From NCBI GenBank assembly GCA_002269645.1, contig NIVC01000468.1, positions 16,674-80,673 of the forward strand: DNA of 64,000 nt. Reading direction: 5' to 3'. Origin of the DNA: Macrostomum lignano. Lineage: Eukaryota. The position numbers were made by a program, and so were the translations under genes. Under the pieces are notes generated by a model that saw nothing but the letters and a program-made list of their open reading frames with translations, was not told where the DNA came from and ran no database searches. This document shows, one piece after another, positions 1-13,929 of the stretch; position 1 is the first letter of the stretch, and each line of letters opens with the position of its first letter.

Positions 1-45
1 TAGTTATAGTGATCATGATTACTGAAGTGTGACAAAAAGTCTGAG

Positions 46-2180
46 GACTGGGATGACAACTGGTAGCACAGCCTGAGAACTGGGATGACAGCTGGTAGCA
101 CAGCCTGAGAACTGGGATGACAACTGGTAGCACAGCCTGAGAACTGGGATGACAACTGGTAGCACAGCCTGAGAACTGGGATGACAACTGGTAGCACAGC
201 CTGAGAACTGGGATGACAACTGGTAGCACAGCCTGAGAACTGGGATGACAACTGGTAGCACAGCCTGAGAACTGGGATGACAACTGGTAGCACAGCCTGA
301 GAACTGGGATGACAACTGGTAGCACAGCCTGAGAACTGGGATGACAACTGGTAGCACAGTCTGAGAACTGGGATGACAACTGGTAGCACAGCCTGAGAAC
401 TGGGATGACAACTGGTAGCACAGCCTGAGAACTGGGATGACAACTGGTAGCACAGCCTGAGAACTGGGATGACAACTGGTAGCACAGCCTGAGAACTGGG
501 ATGACAACTGGTAGCACAGCCTGAGAACTGGGATGACAACTGGTAGCACAGTCTGAGAACTGGGATGACAGCTGGTAGCACAGCCTGAGAACTGGGATGA
601 CAACTGGTAGCACAGCCTGAGAACTGGGATGACAACTGGTAGCACAGTCTGAGAACTGGGATGACAACTGGTAGCACAGTCTGAGAACTGGGATGACAAC
701 TGGTAGCACAGCCTGAGAACTGGGATGACAGCTGGTAGCACAGTCTGAGAACTGGGATGACAACTGGTAGCACAGCCTGAGAACTGGGATGACAGCTGGT
801 AGCACAGCCTGAGAACTGGGATGACAACTGGTAGCACAGCCTGAGAACTGGGATGACAACTGGTAGCACAGCCTGAGAACTGGGATGACAACTGGTAGCA
901 CAGCCTGAGAACTGGGATGACAACTGGTAGCAAAGCCTGAGAACTGGGATGACAACTGGTAGCACAGCCTGAGAACTGGGATGACAACTGGTAGCACAGC
1001 CTGAGAACTGGGATGACAACTGGTAGCACAGCCTGAGAACTGGGATGACAACTGGTAGCACAGCCTGAGAACTGGGATGACAACTGGTAGCACAGTCTGA
1101 GAACTGGGATGACAACTGGTAGCACAGCCTGAGAACTGGGATGACAACTGGTAGCACAGCCTGAGAACTGGGATGACAACTGGTAGCACAGCCTGAGAAC
1201 TGGGATGACAACTGGTAGCACAGCCTGAGAACTGGGATGACAACTGGTAGCACAGCCTGAGAACTGGGATGACAACTGGTAGCACAGCCTGAGAACTGGG
1301 ATGACAACTGGTAGCACAGTCTGAGAACTGGGATGACAGCTGGTAGCACAGCCTGAGAACTGGGATGACAACTGGTAGCACAGCCTGAGAACTGGGATGA
1401 CAACTGGTAGCACAGTCTGAGAACTGGGATGACAACTGGTAGCACAGTCTGAGAACTGGGATGACAACTGGTAGCACAGCCTGAGAACTGGGATGACAGC
1501 TGGTAGCACAGTCTGAGAACTGGGATGACAACTGGTAGCACAGCCTGAGAACTGGGATGACAACTGGTAGCACAGCCTGAGAACTGGGTTGACAACTGGT
1601 AGCACAGTCTGAGAACTGGGATGACAACTGGTAGCACAGTCTGAGAACTGGGATGACAACTGGTAGCACAGCCTGAGAACTATGATGACAGCTGGTAGCA
1701 CAATCTGAGAACTGGGATGACATTTGGTAGCACAGTCTGAGAACTGGGATGACAACTGGTAGCACAGCCTGAGAACTGGGATGACAACTGGTAGCACAGC
1801 CTGAGAACTGGGATGACAGCTGGTAGCACAGTCTGAGAACTGGGATGACAACTGGTAGCACAGCCTGAGAACTGGGATGACAACTGGTAGCACAGCCTGA
1901 GAACTGGGTTGACAACTGGTAGCACAGCCTGAGAACTGGGATGACAACTGGTAGCATAGCCTGAGAACTGGGATGACAACTGGTAGCACAGTCTGAGAAC
2001 TGGGATGACAGCTGGTAGCACAGCCTGAGAACTGGGATGACAACTGGTAGCACAGCCTGAGAACTGGGATGACAACTGGTAGCACAGCCTGAGAACTGGG
2101 ATGACAACTGGTAGCACAGCCTGAGAACTGGGATGACAACTGGTAGCACAGTCTGAGAACTGGGATGACAACTGGTAGCA
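46..2180. repeat. Satellite array A, 32-bp unit (CTGAGAACTGGGATGACAACTGGTAGCACAGC), about 67 copies
   Basis: Period 32 read directly (CAACTGGT at 121 and 153); only point variants (cagcc/cagtc, acaac/acagc). Confidence 0.97.
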
Positions 2181-2184
2181 CAGT

Positions 2185-3897
2185 CAGAGAACTGGGAAAA
2201 CTCTAGAGCTGACAGCACAGCCTGAGAACTGGGAAAACTCGAGAGCTGACAGCACAGCCTGAGAACTGGGAAAACTCGAGAGCTGACAGCACAGCCTGAG
2301 AACTGGGATGACAACTGGTAGCACAGCCTGAGAACTGGGATGACAACTGGTAGCACAGCCTGAGAACTGGGATGACAACTGGTAGCACAGCCTGAGAACT
2401 GGGATGACAACTGGTAGCACAGTCAGAGAACTGGGAAAACTCGAGAGCTGACAGCACAACCTGAGAACTGGGAAAACTCGAGAGCTGACAGCACAGCCTG
2501 AGAACTGGGAAAACTCGAGAGCTGACAGCACAGCCTGAGAACTGGGAAAACTCGAGAGCTGACAGCACAGCCTGAGAACTGGGAAAACTCAGAGCTGACA
2601 GCACAGCCTGAGAACTGGGAAAACTCGAGAGCTGACAGCACAACCTGAGAACTGGGAAAACTCGAGAGCTGACAGCACAACCTGAGAACTGGGAAAACTC
2701 GAGAGCTGACAGCACAACCTGAGAACTGGGAAAACTCGAGAGCTGACAGCACCACCTGAGAACTGGGAAAACTCGAGAGCTGACAGCACAACCTGAGAAC
2801 TGGGAAAACTCGAGAGCTGACAGCACAACCTGAGAACTGGGAAAACTCGAGAGCTGACAGCACAACCTGAGAACTGGGAAAACTCGAGAGCTGACAGCAC
2901 AACCTGAGAACTGGGAAAACTCGAGAGCTGACAGCACAGCCTGAGAACTGGGAAAACTCGAGAGCTGACAGCACAACCTGAGAACTGGGAAAACTCGAGA
3001 GCTGACAGCACAGCCTGAGAACTGGGAAAACTCGAGAGCTGACAGCACAGCCTGAGAACTGGGAAAACTCGAGAGCTGACAGCACAGCCTGAGAACTGGG
3101 AAAACTCGAGAGCTGACAGCACAACCTGAGAACTGGGAAAACTCGAGAGCTGACAGCACAACCTGAGAACTGGGAAAACTCGAGAGCTGACAGCACAACC
3201 TGAGAACTGGGAAAACTCGAGAGCTGACAGCACCACCTGAGAACTGGGAAAACTCGAGAGCTGACAGCACAACCTGAGAACTGGGAAAACTCGAGAGCTG
3301 ACAGCACAACCTGAGAACTGGGAAAACTCGAGAGCTGACAGCACAACCTGAGAACTGGGAAAACTCGAGAGCTGACAGCACAACCTGAGAACTGGGAAAA
3401 CTCGAGAGCTGACAGCACAGCCTGAGAACTGGGAAAACTCGAGAGCTGACAGCACAACCTGAGAACTGGGAAAACTCGAGAGCTGACAGCACAGCCTGAG
3501 AACTGGGAAAACTCGAGAGCTGACAGCACAACCTGAGAACTGGGAAAACTCGAGAGCTGACAGCACCACCTCAGAACTGGGAAAACTCGAGAGCTGACAG
3601 CACCACCTCAGAACTGGGAAAACTCGAGAGCTGACAGCACCACCTGAGAACTGGGAAAACTCGAGAGCTGACAGCACAACCTGAGAACTGGGAAAACTCG
3701 AGAGCTGACAGCACAACCTGAGAACTGGGAAAACTCGAGAGCTGACAGCACCACCTGAGAACTGGGAAAACTCGAGAGCTGACAGCACCACCTCAGAACT
3801 GGGAAAACTCGAGAGCTGGCAGCACAGCCTGAGAACTGGGAAAACTCGAGAGCTGACAGCACCACCTGAGAACTGGGAAAACTCGAGAGCTGACAAC
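2185..3897. repeat. Satellite array B, 37-bp unit (CTGAGAACTGGGAAAACTCGAGAGCTGACAGCACA[G/A]C), with 4 interspersed A units near 2300-2420
   Basis: Period 37 (CTG at 2461 and 2498); shares GCACA.CCTGAGAACTGGGA with array A. Confidence 0.97.
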
Positions 3898-5354
3898 CCA
3901 GCAACCCATACTTAAAAGCCAGAAAGACTGCAGTAATAAAAGCCTCAGTCAAAAGACATTCTCTTTTATTAGAAGCGATGCAACGCACAGACGGCATATT
4001 AGATCGATTCGGTGGCAGCGAGAAAAGTAAAAGCCGAAAGCGAGCAGTTCCTCAAGTCTCTCCCTCTTTTGAGTCTGACTCTGCACTCCGCTATCTCAAA
4101 AGTGAACCTCAATCAAGCCGACTCAACTTCTATCCCGAGACCCAACCCTGCGAGAAAGAAATTGCGGCCTAGGGAATTAAGCTAAAAGTTGGAGGAAGAA
4201 GGAGTAAAAATTCATCAAAAGAAGTGGATTGAAACTCCAACTAGGGGAACAGCGAACTTACCAAAATTTGATCTTCTTCTTCTGCAGTTAAGAAAGTTGC
4301 TTACCAAAACAAGTGAATAGTTTAATATAAATAACTATGACACGCAAAACTATTATTGTATTCCGACTACTGGGGGTCAGAGAGAGAGAGAGAGAGAAAG
4401 GTTACAAACAAGAGAAAATAAATTTTAGGGCAAACAGAGGAGGAGCAGGAGGAGGAAGGGAAGTCTAAAAACTGACATTTTTATAAACAGCTACGATCGG
4501 CATTGGGAGAGAGAAGGCTGGGAGGGGGGAGACAGCCGGGGATCGATAAACTGCATAGGCAGGCTTGGCTCATGCGATAGCGATTCCTTTCCCTCTCCCG
4601 TCCTCACAGCCCGTGGGGCGTTTGGGGGGATTAGTTGACGAGAACTTGGCTGCGGGAGGGAGGGAGGCGGGTAGGCTAGAGGGGCAGGGGTTGAGCTGCC
4701 TTTTTGGGGAGGTGGGGAGAGGAGAGAACTAGGGAGAGTAAGACCGGGAGCGGGGCTGTATGCCTAGGATGGCTAGCCCTCTCTCTCTGCAAGGGCGAGT
4801 TTGGTACAGCCCAAGCGCGTACAAGGACGGCAGCCCTAAGGGATGGCTGCAGCAGGCTGGAGGGGAGCTGGGAGGACTGGCCTAGGAGGGCTGCAGAGCC
4901 AGCGAGAGAGAGAGGCTCTGCTTTCATGAATTTGACGGATTATCGCTGGGCAATTTTCTTCTTTATTCATTCTTTTCTCTCCCGCCCCCCCCTGGCTTTT
5001 GCTTTCTTTTCAATCTACAGAAAACTGGGGATTTTCTAAGCCGCTCCCCCTTCCATTGGGAGAATGAAGAGATGCCTCAGACAGACAGGAATCTATCGCA
5101 TCCGGAATCAGAAGTAAATCAGATCACAACCGGTGTGTACAACCGCAGCTATAATCTTCCCCGACCGTGTAACCCTCCAGAGCAATAAAACCACGGCGAG
5201 CCTGCGCCATTTTGACAAGACATGCTTTTTGAGCGCTATAGTAGGAATTTGTATTGAGTCACTATGATGTACCAACTATGGAATCTCGACAATTGACATA
5301 TCTTGACATAGAAACTTTTTACTATTTCTATAAGCATCTGTCCATTGATACATA

Positions 5355-5630
5355 TTGCCATTTTGATTTATAATTCGTGCAATTTTGATATAAAATTCGT
5401 GCCATTTTGATATAAAATTCGTGCCATTTTGATATAAAATTCGTGCCATTTTGATATAAAATTCGTGCCATTTTGATATAAAATTCGTGCCATTTTGATA
5501 TAAAATTCGTGCAATTTTGATATATAAATTCGTGCCATTTTGATATAAAATTCGTGCCATTTTGATATAAAATTCGTGCCATTTTGATATAAAATTCGTG
5601 CCATTTTGATATAAAATTCGTGCCATTTTA
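5355..5630. repeat. Minisatellite, 22-bp unit TTTTGATATAAAATTCGTGCCA, about 12 copies
   Basis: GCCA at 5401 and 5423 (period 22). Confidence 0.95.
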
Positions 5631-8600
5631 ATATAACTGTTTGCCATATAACGATCCATAGTCACTAAGACAGACCAAACGCACTGGTTAAAAATAAAAT
5701 GGTTCAACTATTGTCACTGAAAGCAAGTTCAAAAGCAAGTGCTGACGGAACTGGGAGCAGGATTAGCAAAGGGGAGAAAGAGAAAATTAGGACAGCGCCA
5801 GACAGACACCTCAGACCGCACACAAACACTAGAAGAGGACCGAAGCAACCCCAGACCGTATTAGGGAATTCATGAAGTTTTTCTAGAAACGCCCACACAG
5901 GAAATTTGCAACGCACAGCCACTTGTTAAAACTGCTCGGCCACTGGATTGGAGCCTTTAGATTACCTATTGTTAGGAAGCCCAAACGAGTGCAGGCAGTG
6001 AATGACAACAGTTTACTGAGAAAAGATCATAACAAATGTGTTGATAAAATCAACCCAGTCCATTCAATATCCTCCCAATTTTAAAATATAGCCAAGAAAA
6101 AACGCCATTTTCCCAAGGCCATACAAATGTATTCCATTAGCAAATAAAAATGCATGTAGAGAAACGAACTTTTATAGACATACTATGCTACTTACAGTAG
6201 AAATATAAAACTTCTATAACCTAAATCAAAGCAATTAAACATTTTGATGTAGAAAAAAGTTACCATATTAATGCAAAAACTGTATCAAAGTACATTACAT
6301 TTGAATCTTAATTGGATAGTCCTAAAAGTCCTAAATCCTAGCTTATATCCTAAATCCTAAGCTTATATCCCAAAGTCCTAAGCTTATGTCATAAAGTCCT
6401 AAGCTCATATCTTGATAAAAAACCATGGCTGCTAGTTCTGCCCTAGACAGAGTAATATTGGCTATAACTAATTTTACAGATGTTGACAAGAATGGCAAGT
6501 CTAACTTCATACTTTGACTAGGCCTAGTACTCCAAATACAAGATTCCTATATCCTTTAAAGTGGGTTTTGACTATTTGATATAGATCATCATAAATTTTA
6601 TTGTGAGAGCAATCTGCTAGTTGGGAGGCAACAAAGTTAGAAATAAAAATGTTTGACTGAACTACATTTAGGGTATAACAATCATTATTGTAGATTTCTT
6701 TAAAAAATGTTTAAAAAGCATCAACCCTAAATGCAAGCTATTTAGTCTAAGATATCAGCATCACCTCTGAGCTTTGGCTCAAAGTATCTAAGCAACTCCT
6801 CATGAGCCATAGTATTTTAGAAATTCCCTCATGATCCTTGACATCTCAAGAATTATCTCTATGAGCCAAGGCATCTCAGTAATCACCCATAAGTCTTTAT
6901 ATCTCAACAATCTCCCATGAGCCATAGAACTTTAGCCTTAGCATCTTAGCAACTCTAATCTACCCATGAGCAAAAATATATACAATATTTCAAGAATAAA
7001 AATAGATAGCAATAGGCTAGATATTACTAATAATAAAAAACAAGCAAATACATTTATCTTAAAAACTGCAAATATAATCTTATATATAGCCTTTTTATTT
7101 TATTCTAGTTAGATTCAAACATTTAGCAATATGATCATTAAAAAATATAAACAGAATAGAAGCTGATACTGTAAAAAAGTTAAATATTAAATAAAGTTTT
7201 TTGAATATATATAATAAGCATATATATACTTTTAAAATATATACTTTTTATTATATTTGAGACATTTAGATTTTGAAAAGATACCTAGTAGAATGGTATT
7301 AATACTCACAGAGTTTAAATTTATTCGAATGATCAATATCAAATGATTAAAAATTTAGCAACCTAGGCCTGCTTAGTATCTTTTCTCTTATATAGTCTTT
7401 CTAGTCTTGGACTTTTCCCTCTCAATGCCAATCATAGCTGCTTATAAAAATGCCAATCATAGCTGCTTATAAAAATGCCAATCTAAACTTCCTATTCTTC
7501 TTAGTGGTTTGCTCTATTTTTTCTTTTATTTATAACTTTTCTCCCTTTGACCCCCTCATAGTTATTTAGATCAATAATTTTACAATATTGACATTTCTGA
7601 CTTGGTTTGGTGAGCAAATTTCTTAACTGCAGAAGAAGATTAAATTTAAATAAGTTTATTATATGGCAATCAAAAAACTTTTTATTCTATTGTTTTTAAG
7701 CTCTTGGCCTATTTGGAGTTTACTTACTCTAACAGTTTTTTAAATTCTTTTTTCATAGACATAAGGTTTGAAACTGATATTTCATTTTTAAACATACTAC
7801 TTAAAAAGTCTATAAATAGCAAAAGAAGCATAATAAGCAAAGTTTTAATTGTCATATCAAATTTCACTACTTTAATACATTGTCATTTTGATATGTTATA
7901 ATTTTTGCTCCAGCCCCCATTCAATCATATCTGCTTAGTGGGCATGCCGATTTGCTGAGAGGTTGCTTCTTTTGTTTGCATCTCTCTCACACACACACAC
8001 TTTGCCACTCTACCCTGCCTGGCCCCAGCCAGCATTGCCCTGCTCCGCACCCGGCGCCTAGCTTTCCAAACTACTACATTTTAAACTAGCGATACTCAAG
8101 TGAGCTATAAAGATGGTCTCTTACTATGAGGACTCAATTAATTGTAAGCAAATAAAGTGTATAGCTATTAATGATATTCAAACAAGCTTCACAGCTTCTG
8201 GCACTGGTAAGAACCCAAGTTTATCCATTTCTTTAGCTTTTCTGAGGCCTTGCCATTTGCCAATGACTGTACAATGCTCATACAATTCTCCATAGCTAGA
8301 GCATCATCACACCTGACTGTGACCACTGCAGTATAGCAGCATTGTATATTGCAAATTATTATTTTATCATACTGGTTATTTTATATAGTGTGTACTACCT
8401 ACAGTATCAAAACTAGAAGCACTTGAGAGTAATACCACATCTTGAGCTGTAGCATGAACTCGGAGTGTCACAATACTAGATAGAGCAACCTATTATTGCA
8501 GAGCATTTTCATGCTTGCTTGTATCTATATAAGTACTAGACAGAGCTTCACTACACCTATTATATTACATATAACCTATTGTACTCAAGACTAGGCATTT

Positions 8601-10099
8601 AAACTGACCCAGGTTATAACAATACCATAGAATAGGTATAGACAAATTGATCTAACCTTGGAAAAATATTTTATAAATAGTACCAATACTAAAATATAGA
8701 TAAGAAAAGTATAACAAAGAAAAATAAAGTAAAAGCCTAGATTTCACATAAAGATCAGTTGGAATATGATATACATGTTTAACAATCTTGAGTATACAAT
8801 AGTAAATTAACATTTAATTAAGGCCTAATAGGCCTTTATATTCCTATTGGCAAAATTTTAAAGTATAATAATGTATATAATTTTTTAATGTAGAAAATTA
8901 TACTTCTGTTCATTTTTCTTCTAATAGGTCTAAATACTTAGTAGAGTTTTCTTTTGTATTTAATAAAAATTTATTTTGATAATAGATCATCTTGGTAATA
9001 ACAATTTGGCAATGAATCATTCATATATGAGGAAGGCCCCTCTCGTTTTATTCAACTATTTACATGCATTTCAAAACTGCGCTAAAAACTAAGAAACACT
9101 TTTTGTTAAAATGTATATATGTTTGATAATATTTTGCACAAATTAATTTTGTTATAAATCGTTGTAAAAATTAGTATAAATACAAGCAATTCAGACGAGA
9201 GAAGAGCCAACTTGCGGCGTGCAGTTCAAGAACTAAAGGTGCTAAGCAATAATCAATGTTCCGACTAAATATGTTTGCAGTGTTTTCCGAGTTATTTATT
9301 TGAAGCAAGAGTGAAGTAGACAAGAGTATATACAGTATATACTACTGAGAGGGAGAGGGAGAAATATCTTTAATATTTTTACTTTTAGACAAAATTTAGC
9401 AAAAATGATGAATTTTTTCTATTCTGTTTTAGGGTACTTCACAAAACTAAGTCACATTTTAATGAAAACTAAGTTATATATTTAATTTTTCTATAATAAA
9501 TCATACATTTATTTGAAATCATTTTGAATGCATTTTGAAATCTGAAGTCATACTCAAAACAAAACCTTTGTAACCTTGTTAATGGTTAAGGAGATAAAAA
9601 AACTTGGAATAAAATTTGAATTTAAGTCATCTGCTTCACTCTAAAGATATAATAAAGTGTGATAAAGCATATGCAGCAAGTAAACATATGCAGCACATAG
9701 AATACCTCTTGATATACTTGCATCTAGATACTCAATTATATAGAATATAGCATTATGTACATAGCATTAATTGCCCAATCTGTTAGATTTTATATTAAGT
9801 ATATACAATAGCATTTAGAATGTGCACTTATAAAGTCTTGTTGAAGTCTGGCAATATTTTGCTCATTGAATTACAGAAATTTATGGTTATTGCTTTATTT
9901 TTGAGGAATAAACTTTATAATAAGTCTGTCTTGTTGTTGAAAAATTTGCTTAGCTTGTTTTAACTATTGACAAATTTGATTTCTTTTAATTTATTAAATT
10001 TGAAGTCTATTGATAAATTAGATATTGACAAATTTAGTATAACCCAAATGAAATAAGGGGAATGAAACTAGCTAGGCCCTAATAACTAATGACAACTAT

Positions 10100-10802
10100 C
10101 CCTATTGGAATAAGTTGACAAAAGTGGACGATCATTGGTCACATTTTTGGATTCTCCTGGTATCGTCACACAACAGTGGTGTCAAGTGGTATGTCGCGTC
10201 GCGCAACACTGTGGAAACCTGGTGTCATCATGCGTTGCGCAATGCGACAGTGTGGCAACTTGGCAGCTGGCGTCATCATGTGTCACATTGCGGCCAGGAT
10301 CTGTAGCCAAAACCTTGCAAACTGTGTTTCATTATAATATGTTCACAGTTGTTTCTCAGCATTTAAATGTTTCAAACATGTTTGATAATAACTAGTTCTT
10401 GAATTGTTCCTTTTTATTTTGACAGTAAAGTAACTAATACTTCAAATATAATTTTTAGAAATGTTACTTGTTAGTTACAATGCGTGCACTGTTTTTCTAA
10501 GTGTTGTACCTTTGTTGTTTTACTGTTTATTGTTTTTAAATTTCATTTCTTTTTCTACGAAATTGAAAGGAATACTCTTGTCTCTCTCTTTATGGTCTCG
10601 GTGTTGGGAGTGATTGGCAGAATGGGAATTGTCAATTGCAACGTGGCTGCTGAGTTGTCCTCTCCCCTCCCATCATTCAGTCAATAGACATTGGTGTTAC
10701 GTCGCACATTGCTGCCCCCAGTCAACAAAATTTAGTGTCGCATTGCGCTTTTGAGGGCACAATTTAGGCAATTTTGGGTTTTTGAAACTTATTCCAATAG
10801 GG
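10100..10802. mobile_element. Non-autonomous DNA transposon (MITE), 17-bp perfect TIRs, 8-bp TSD
   Basis: Starts CCCTATTGGAATAAGTT (10100), ends AACTTATTCCAATAGGG (10802); flanked by ACAACTAT at 10092-10099 and 10803-10810; no ORF inside. Confidence 0.85.
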
Positions 10803-11196
10803 ACAACTATATATATCATATTTGGTTTATTGCTAAAATGCTTATTACAAAAATTGACTATTGTTAAATCCATAGTCAGGAATATGGCATTTTACTTGGA
10901 AAATTCCGGCGTACACAGGGAAATTTTAGGCCAATTTCGGCATACATGGTGTACCACGGTTTAGAAAAAGTACCCCATGGCATGCAATGGAGTGCCACGA
11001 CACACAATTGTACGCCATGCCACTGTGGGCGTGGGGCCCTGCCCACCCACAATATCCTGAATCCTGATGCATAAAATTTATTTTAAAAAACTGTTTTTTA
11101 AAACTGAAAAGGAAATAAAAAATGATTTTTCTAGTGCTAATTTTCTTTCGTTAAAGTCATATTATTGAAACCCATTCATGTGCACTGCTAGGTTGA

Positions 11197-11827
11197 CGGT
11201 TGTTTTGTCTGCCACCCTTTTGTCTGCAAGAATGCGATACAGTTGTTTCATCTGCCAACGAATAGTAAAGTTTTAATAAGTGTAAATATATTAGTTGTTG
11301 TCATTAATTTGAGATTTGAGATATTTGAGATAACAGTGATTAGAATATCGGGATCATTTCTTAGTAGAAATGACTTAAAGGAGTAATTTCTAAATATTTT
11401 TGTTTATATTTAATAAACTACGCAATTGAACGAATTCAATGCATTTTTGTCATGATATGGCATGACGCCATACTATCTCTTAATGGTCTCAAAGCTTCAA
11501 AGCTCAAAAGCAATTAGTCGAGTTAGAATTATTTTACTTAATATAAGTAAGTTATAGGTGCACAAATTATAAATCCCATTCACAGCTCACTATGTAGATT
11601 CAATTAAAGCTTATTTACAAATAATTGTATTTCTTGAAAACATTGTGATAAGCAAAAAAACATACAAAGACTACATCTAATTCTAAATCTGATAATTACT
11701 AGTAAATTCTAACTATTAAAAATAAACTATAAATTAATTTCAGCCATTTATAAAACTTATTTTGCTACTTTTTTTAAAAAGTCTTTTTGTCTGCCGGCAG
11801 ACAAAAAGGTGGCAGACAAAAAGACCG
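11197..11827. mobile_element. Candidate MITE with 31-bp imperfect inverted ends
   Basis: CGGTTGTTTTGTCTGCCACCCTTTTGTCTGC (11197-11227) vs the reverse complement of 11797-11827, 28/31 matches; no TSD seen. Confidence 0.5.
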
Positions 11828-13929
11828 CACACTCACTGCTACCCCTACCCTCTCCCGGTCTGTCGGCGTACCACCAGGTTCCGATCTTGGCATACACGGC
11901 GTACCACTTTTTTACCGACTTTTTATTCCAGCGTACCCGTGCCATGATCTTGACACAGGTGTTAAATATCAATAATAATATTGGGAATTTAGTATTATTG
12001 ACAATAGTCAATATATTGGAAAGCTAGGCCTACTAATTTTAAAAGCATTGTACATAAAAAAGCTTAAATCTACTCTTAATGGCCAACTATTTAACTTAAT
12101 AATAATCATTATTATTATTGATAATTAAATATTACTATTAGGCCTAGGCCTAGTCAACAGTATATAGTCAAATAACTAAATTCATAAACAATGCATATAA
12201 TTTCTATTTTTATATTTAGTGAAGGATGAGTGCTACCTATGCTATGGCTATAACCTAGGCTTTTTAAGGTTAGAAATCTAGTTGCCAGCTGGCTTGCAAA
12301 CAATAACAAACTAACAAATCTATCATACTGATTCATATGGCACTTTTATTACATTAAAAAATCCTTTTTTGAAATTGGCAACTGGCATGGAGAAATTGAA
12401 GTTGCCATATTGATCTCTGATGCAAAAAATCCAGTTGTCAAATGTCAATGAGATTTTCAAAGGGGCCAAAAAATCCCATATGGCCCAAAAAAATCTAGCC
12501 TAGGCCCTATACTATAACAGGCTAGTTAGCCTAGTTATACTATTTATACAAAGTAGCATAGCCATAGGCCTAGTCCATAGGCTACTTAGGGTTTAGGCTA
12601 GTAGGCTAGGCCTATATTGACATGGGAAAGTTTGTTAGTAGCATTTCCTAGTCAACTAATTGAATTGACAAAATCGCAACTTAGCAAAACTGTAGACTGA
12701 CTGAGAGTCGAGACTGACACCAAAAAGAAAATGGCATGAACTCAAACAATAAAAAACGCTACACTTAGAGACATAGTTTCTAGGTCCATACCTAGGCCTA
12801 TCATATTTATATACACTGCTGAGTGCATACATGGGCACATGGCCGCTGTGTCTATAACTCCGTTTAAAAATATATCATTACAATTAATTATTAAGATCAT
12901 ATAGAACATTGCAATTTGATTACAATTGCACGACAGGTTGGTTAGCTTAGTTCACAGACGTTAGAAATTTAGTAGCCTGTACTGTAGAGACTCGAGATTA
13001 GATACTTCAATAAGTTGAAACTTTCATTTCTTGGAAAAAGTACAAAAACAAATACATGCTCAAAATTGCATTTTGATAAAACAAAAGTGTGTTAGTTTTT
13101 CTCGTAACTTATTGGCTTGATTTAGCTTGATTGCAAAAAATGTTCAATACGCTTTGCTTATTCCTTCGGCTCCTATAATCCTGTTAATTTCATCTTTTCT
13201 TATCACATCACATCCCCAGTTGATTGTGCCTATTCGGGTTGGGCGTACTGCAGCAAATGAATTTAAAATGGAAGAAAATTTAAGCCATTTACCCAACAGA
13301 TTAGCAAATTTCTGATAATGAATAATATTTTTAGGTTTCGTACAGATTAATAAGTTTTTTGTAAAATTGCTTCTAAAAAGCTTTATCGTATTGCGTCAAA
13401 TTTTGCCAATCAATATGCAAAAACTGCCGCCAAAATTTCTCTATTGGGACGAGCTTCAGCCTGTTAATGTGAAGAGCAATGCAGGAGAACCACGTTAGAT
13501 ATTCGTACTTATACATGGAGGTCAAGGACAATTCTTACTGTAACTTGGACGTGAAGTTCAGCACAATTAATTCGGTGGTCAAGGACAACTCAGCCGTGCC
13601 GTAAAGTGATTCCCTTGTCGGTCGGCTGATGCATGAAGTTCGCTATGAGCTTTCATCTATTCTAATTTCTGCTGTAGTTCGTTTCGTACGTGCGAGAAGG
13701 GCTACCTTGCAAAAGCCCCAAGACCTTACTTAATCGTGTAAAGGTGTATCATACGGTGTTTTTAAAACAATGGTACACATTGTATAGTAGTCCAGAAATA
13801 CATGTAGATAATAGCTCTTGCTGACTTCTAAACTAGCGCATGGCTCTCATCAATTGGATTAACCTACTCGTTGATTCTCTGAACGTGGTGACGAGTAGTG
13901 AGCCATCGCTATTGATCAAGCTTAGTAGG

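Noticed and set aside
19-3997. Long overlapping ORFs (up to 720 aa) on the minus strand
   Set aside because: Translations of stop-free 32/37-bp satellite strands; open in several frames, no domain content.
5704-5990. Hydrophobic minus-strand ORF and a nearby WPSSFNKWL string faintly like an MBOAT motif
   Set aside because: Too short, no consistent splice partners, match not distinguishable from chance.
6330-7480. Degenerate short tandem repeats (about 21-bp at 6330-6420, about 32-bp at 6740-6960, 25-bp doublet at 7428-7480)
   Set aside because: Real but low-copy and decayed; nothing beyond ordinary slippage.
8180-8490. Two short open minus-strand segments that could be AT-rich exons
   Set aside because: No recognisable homology and I could not link them with convincing in-phase splice sites.
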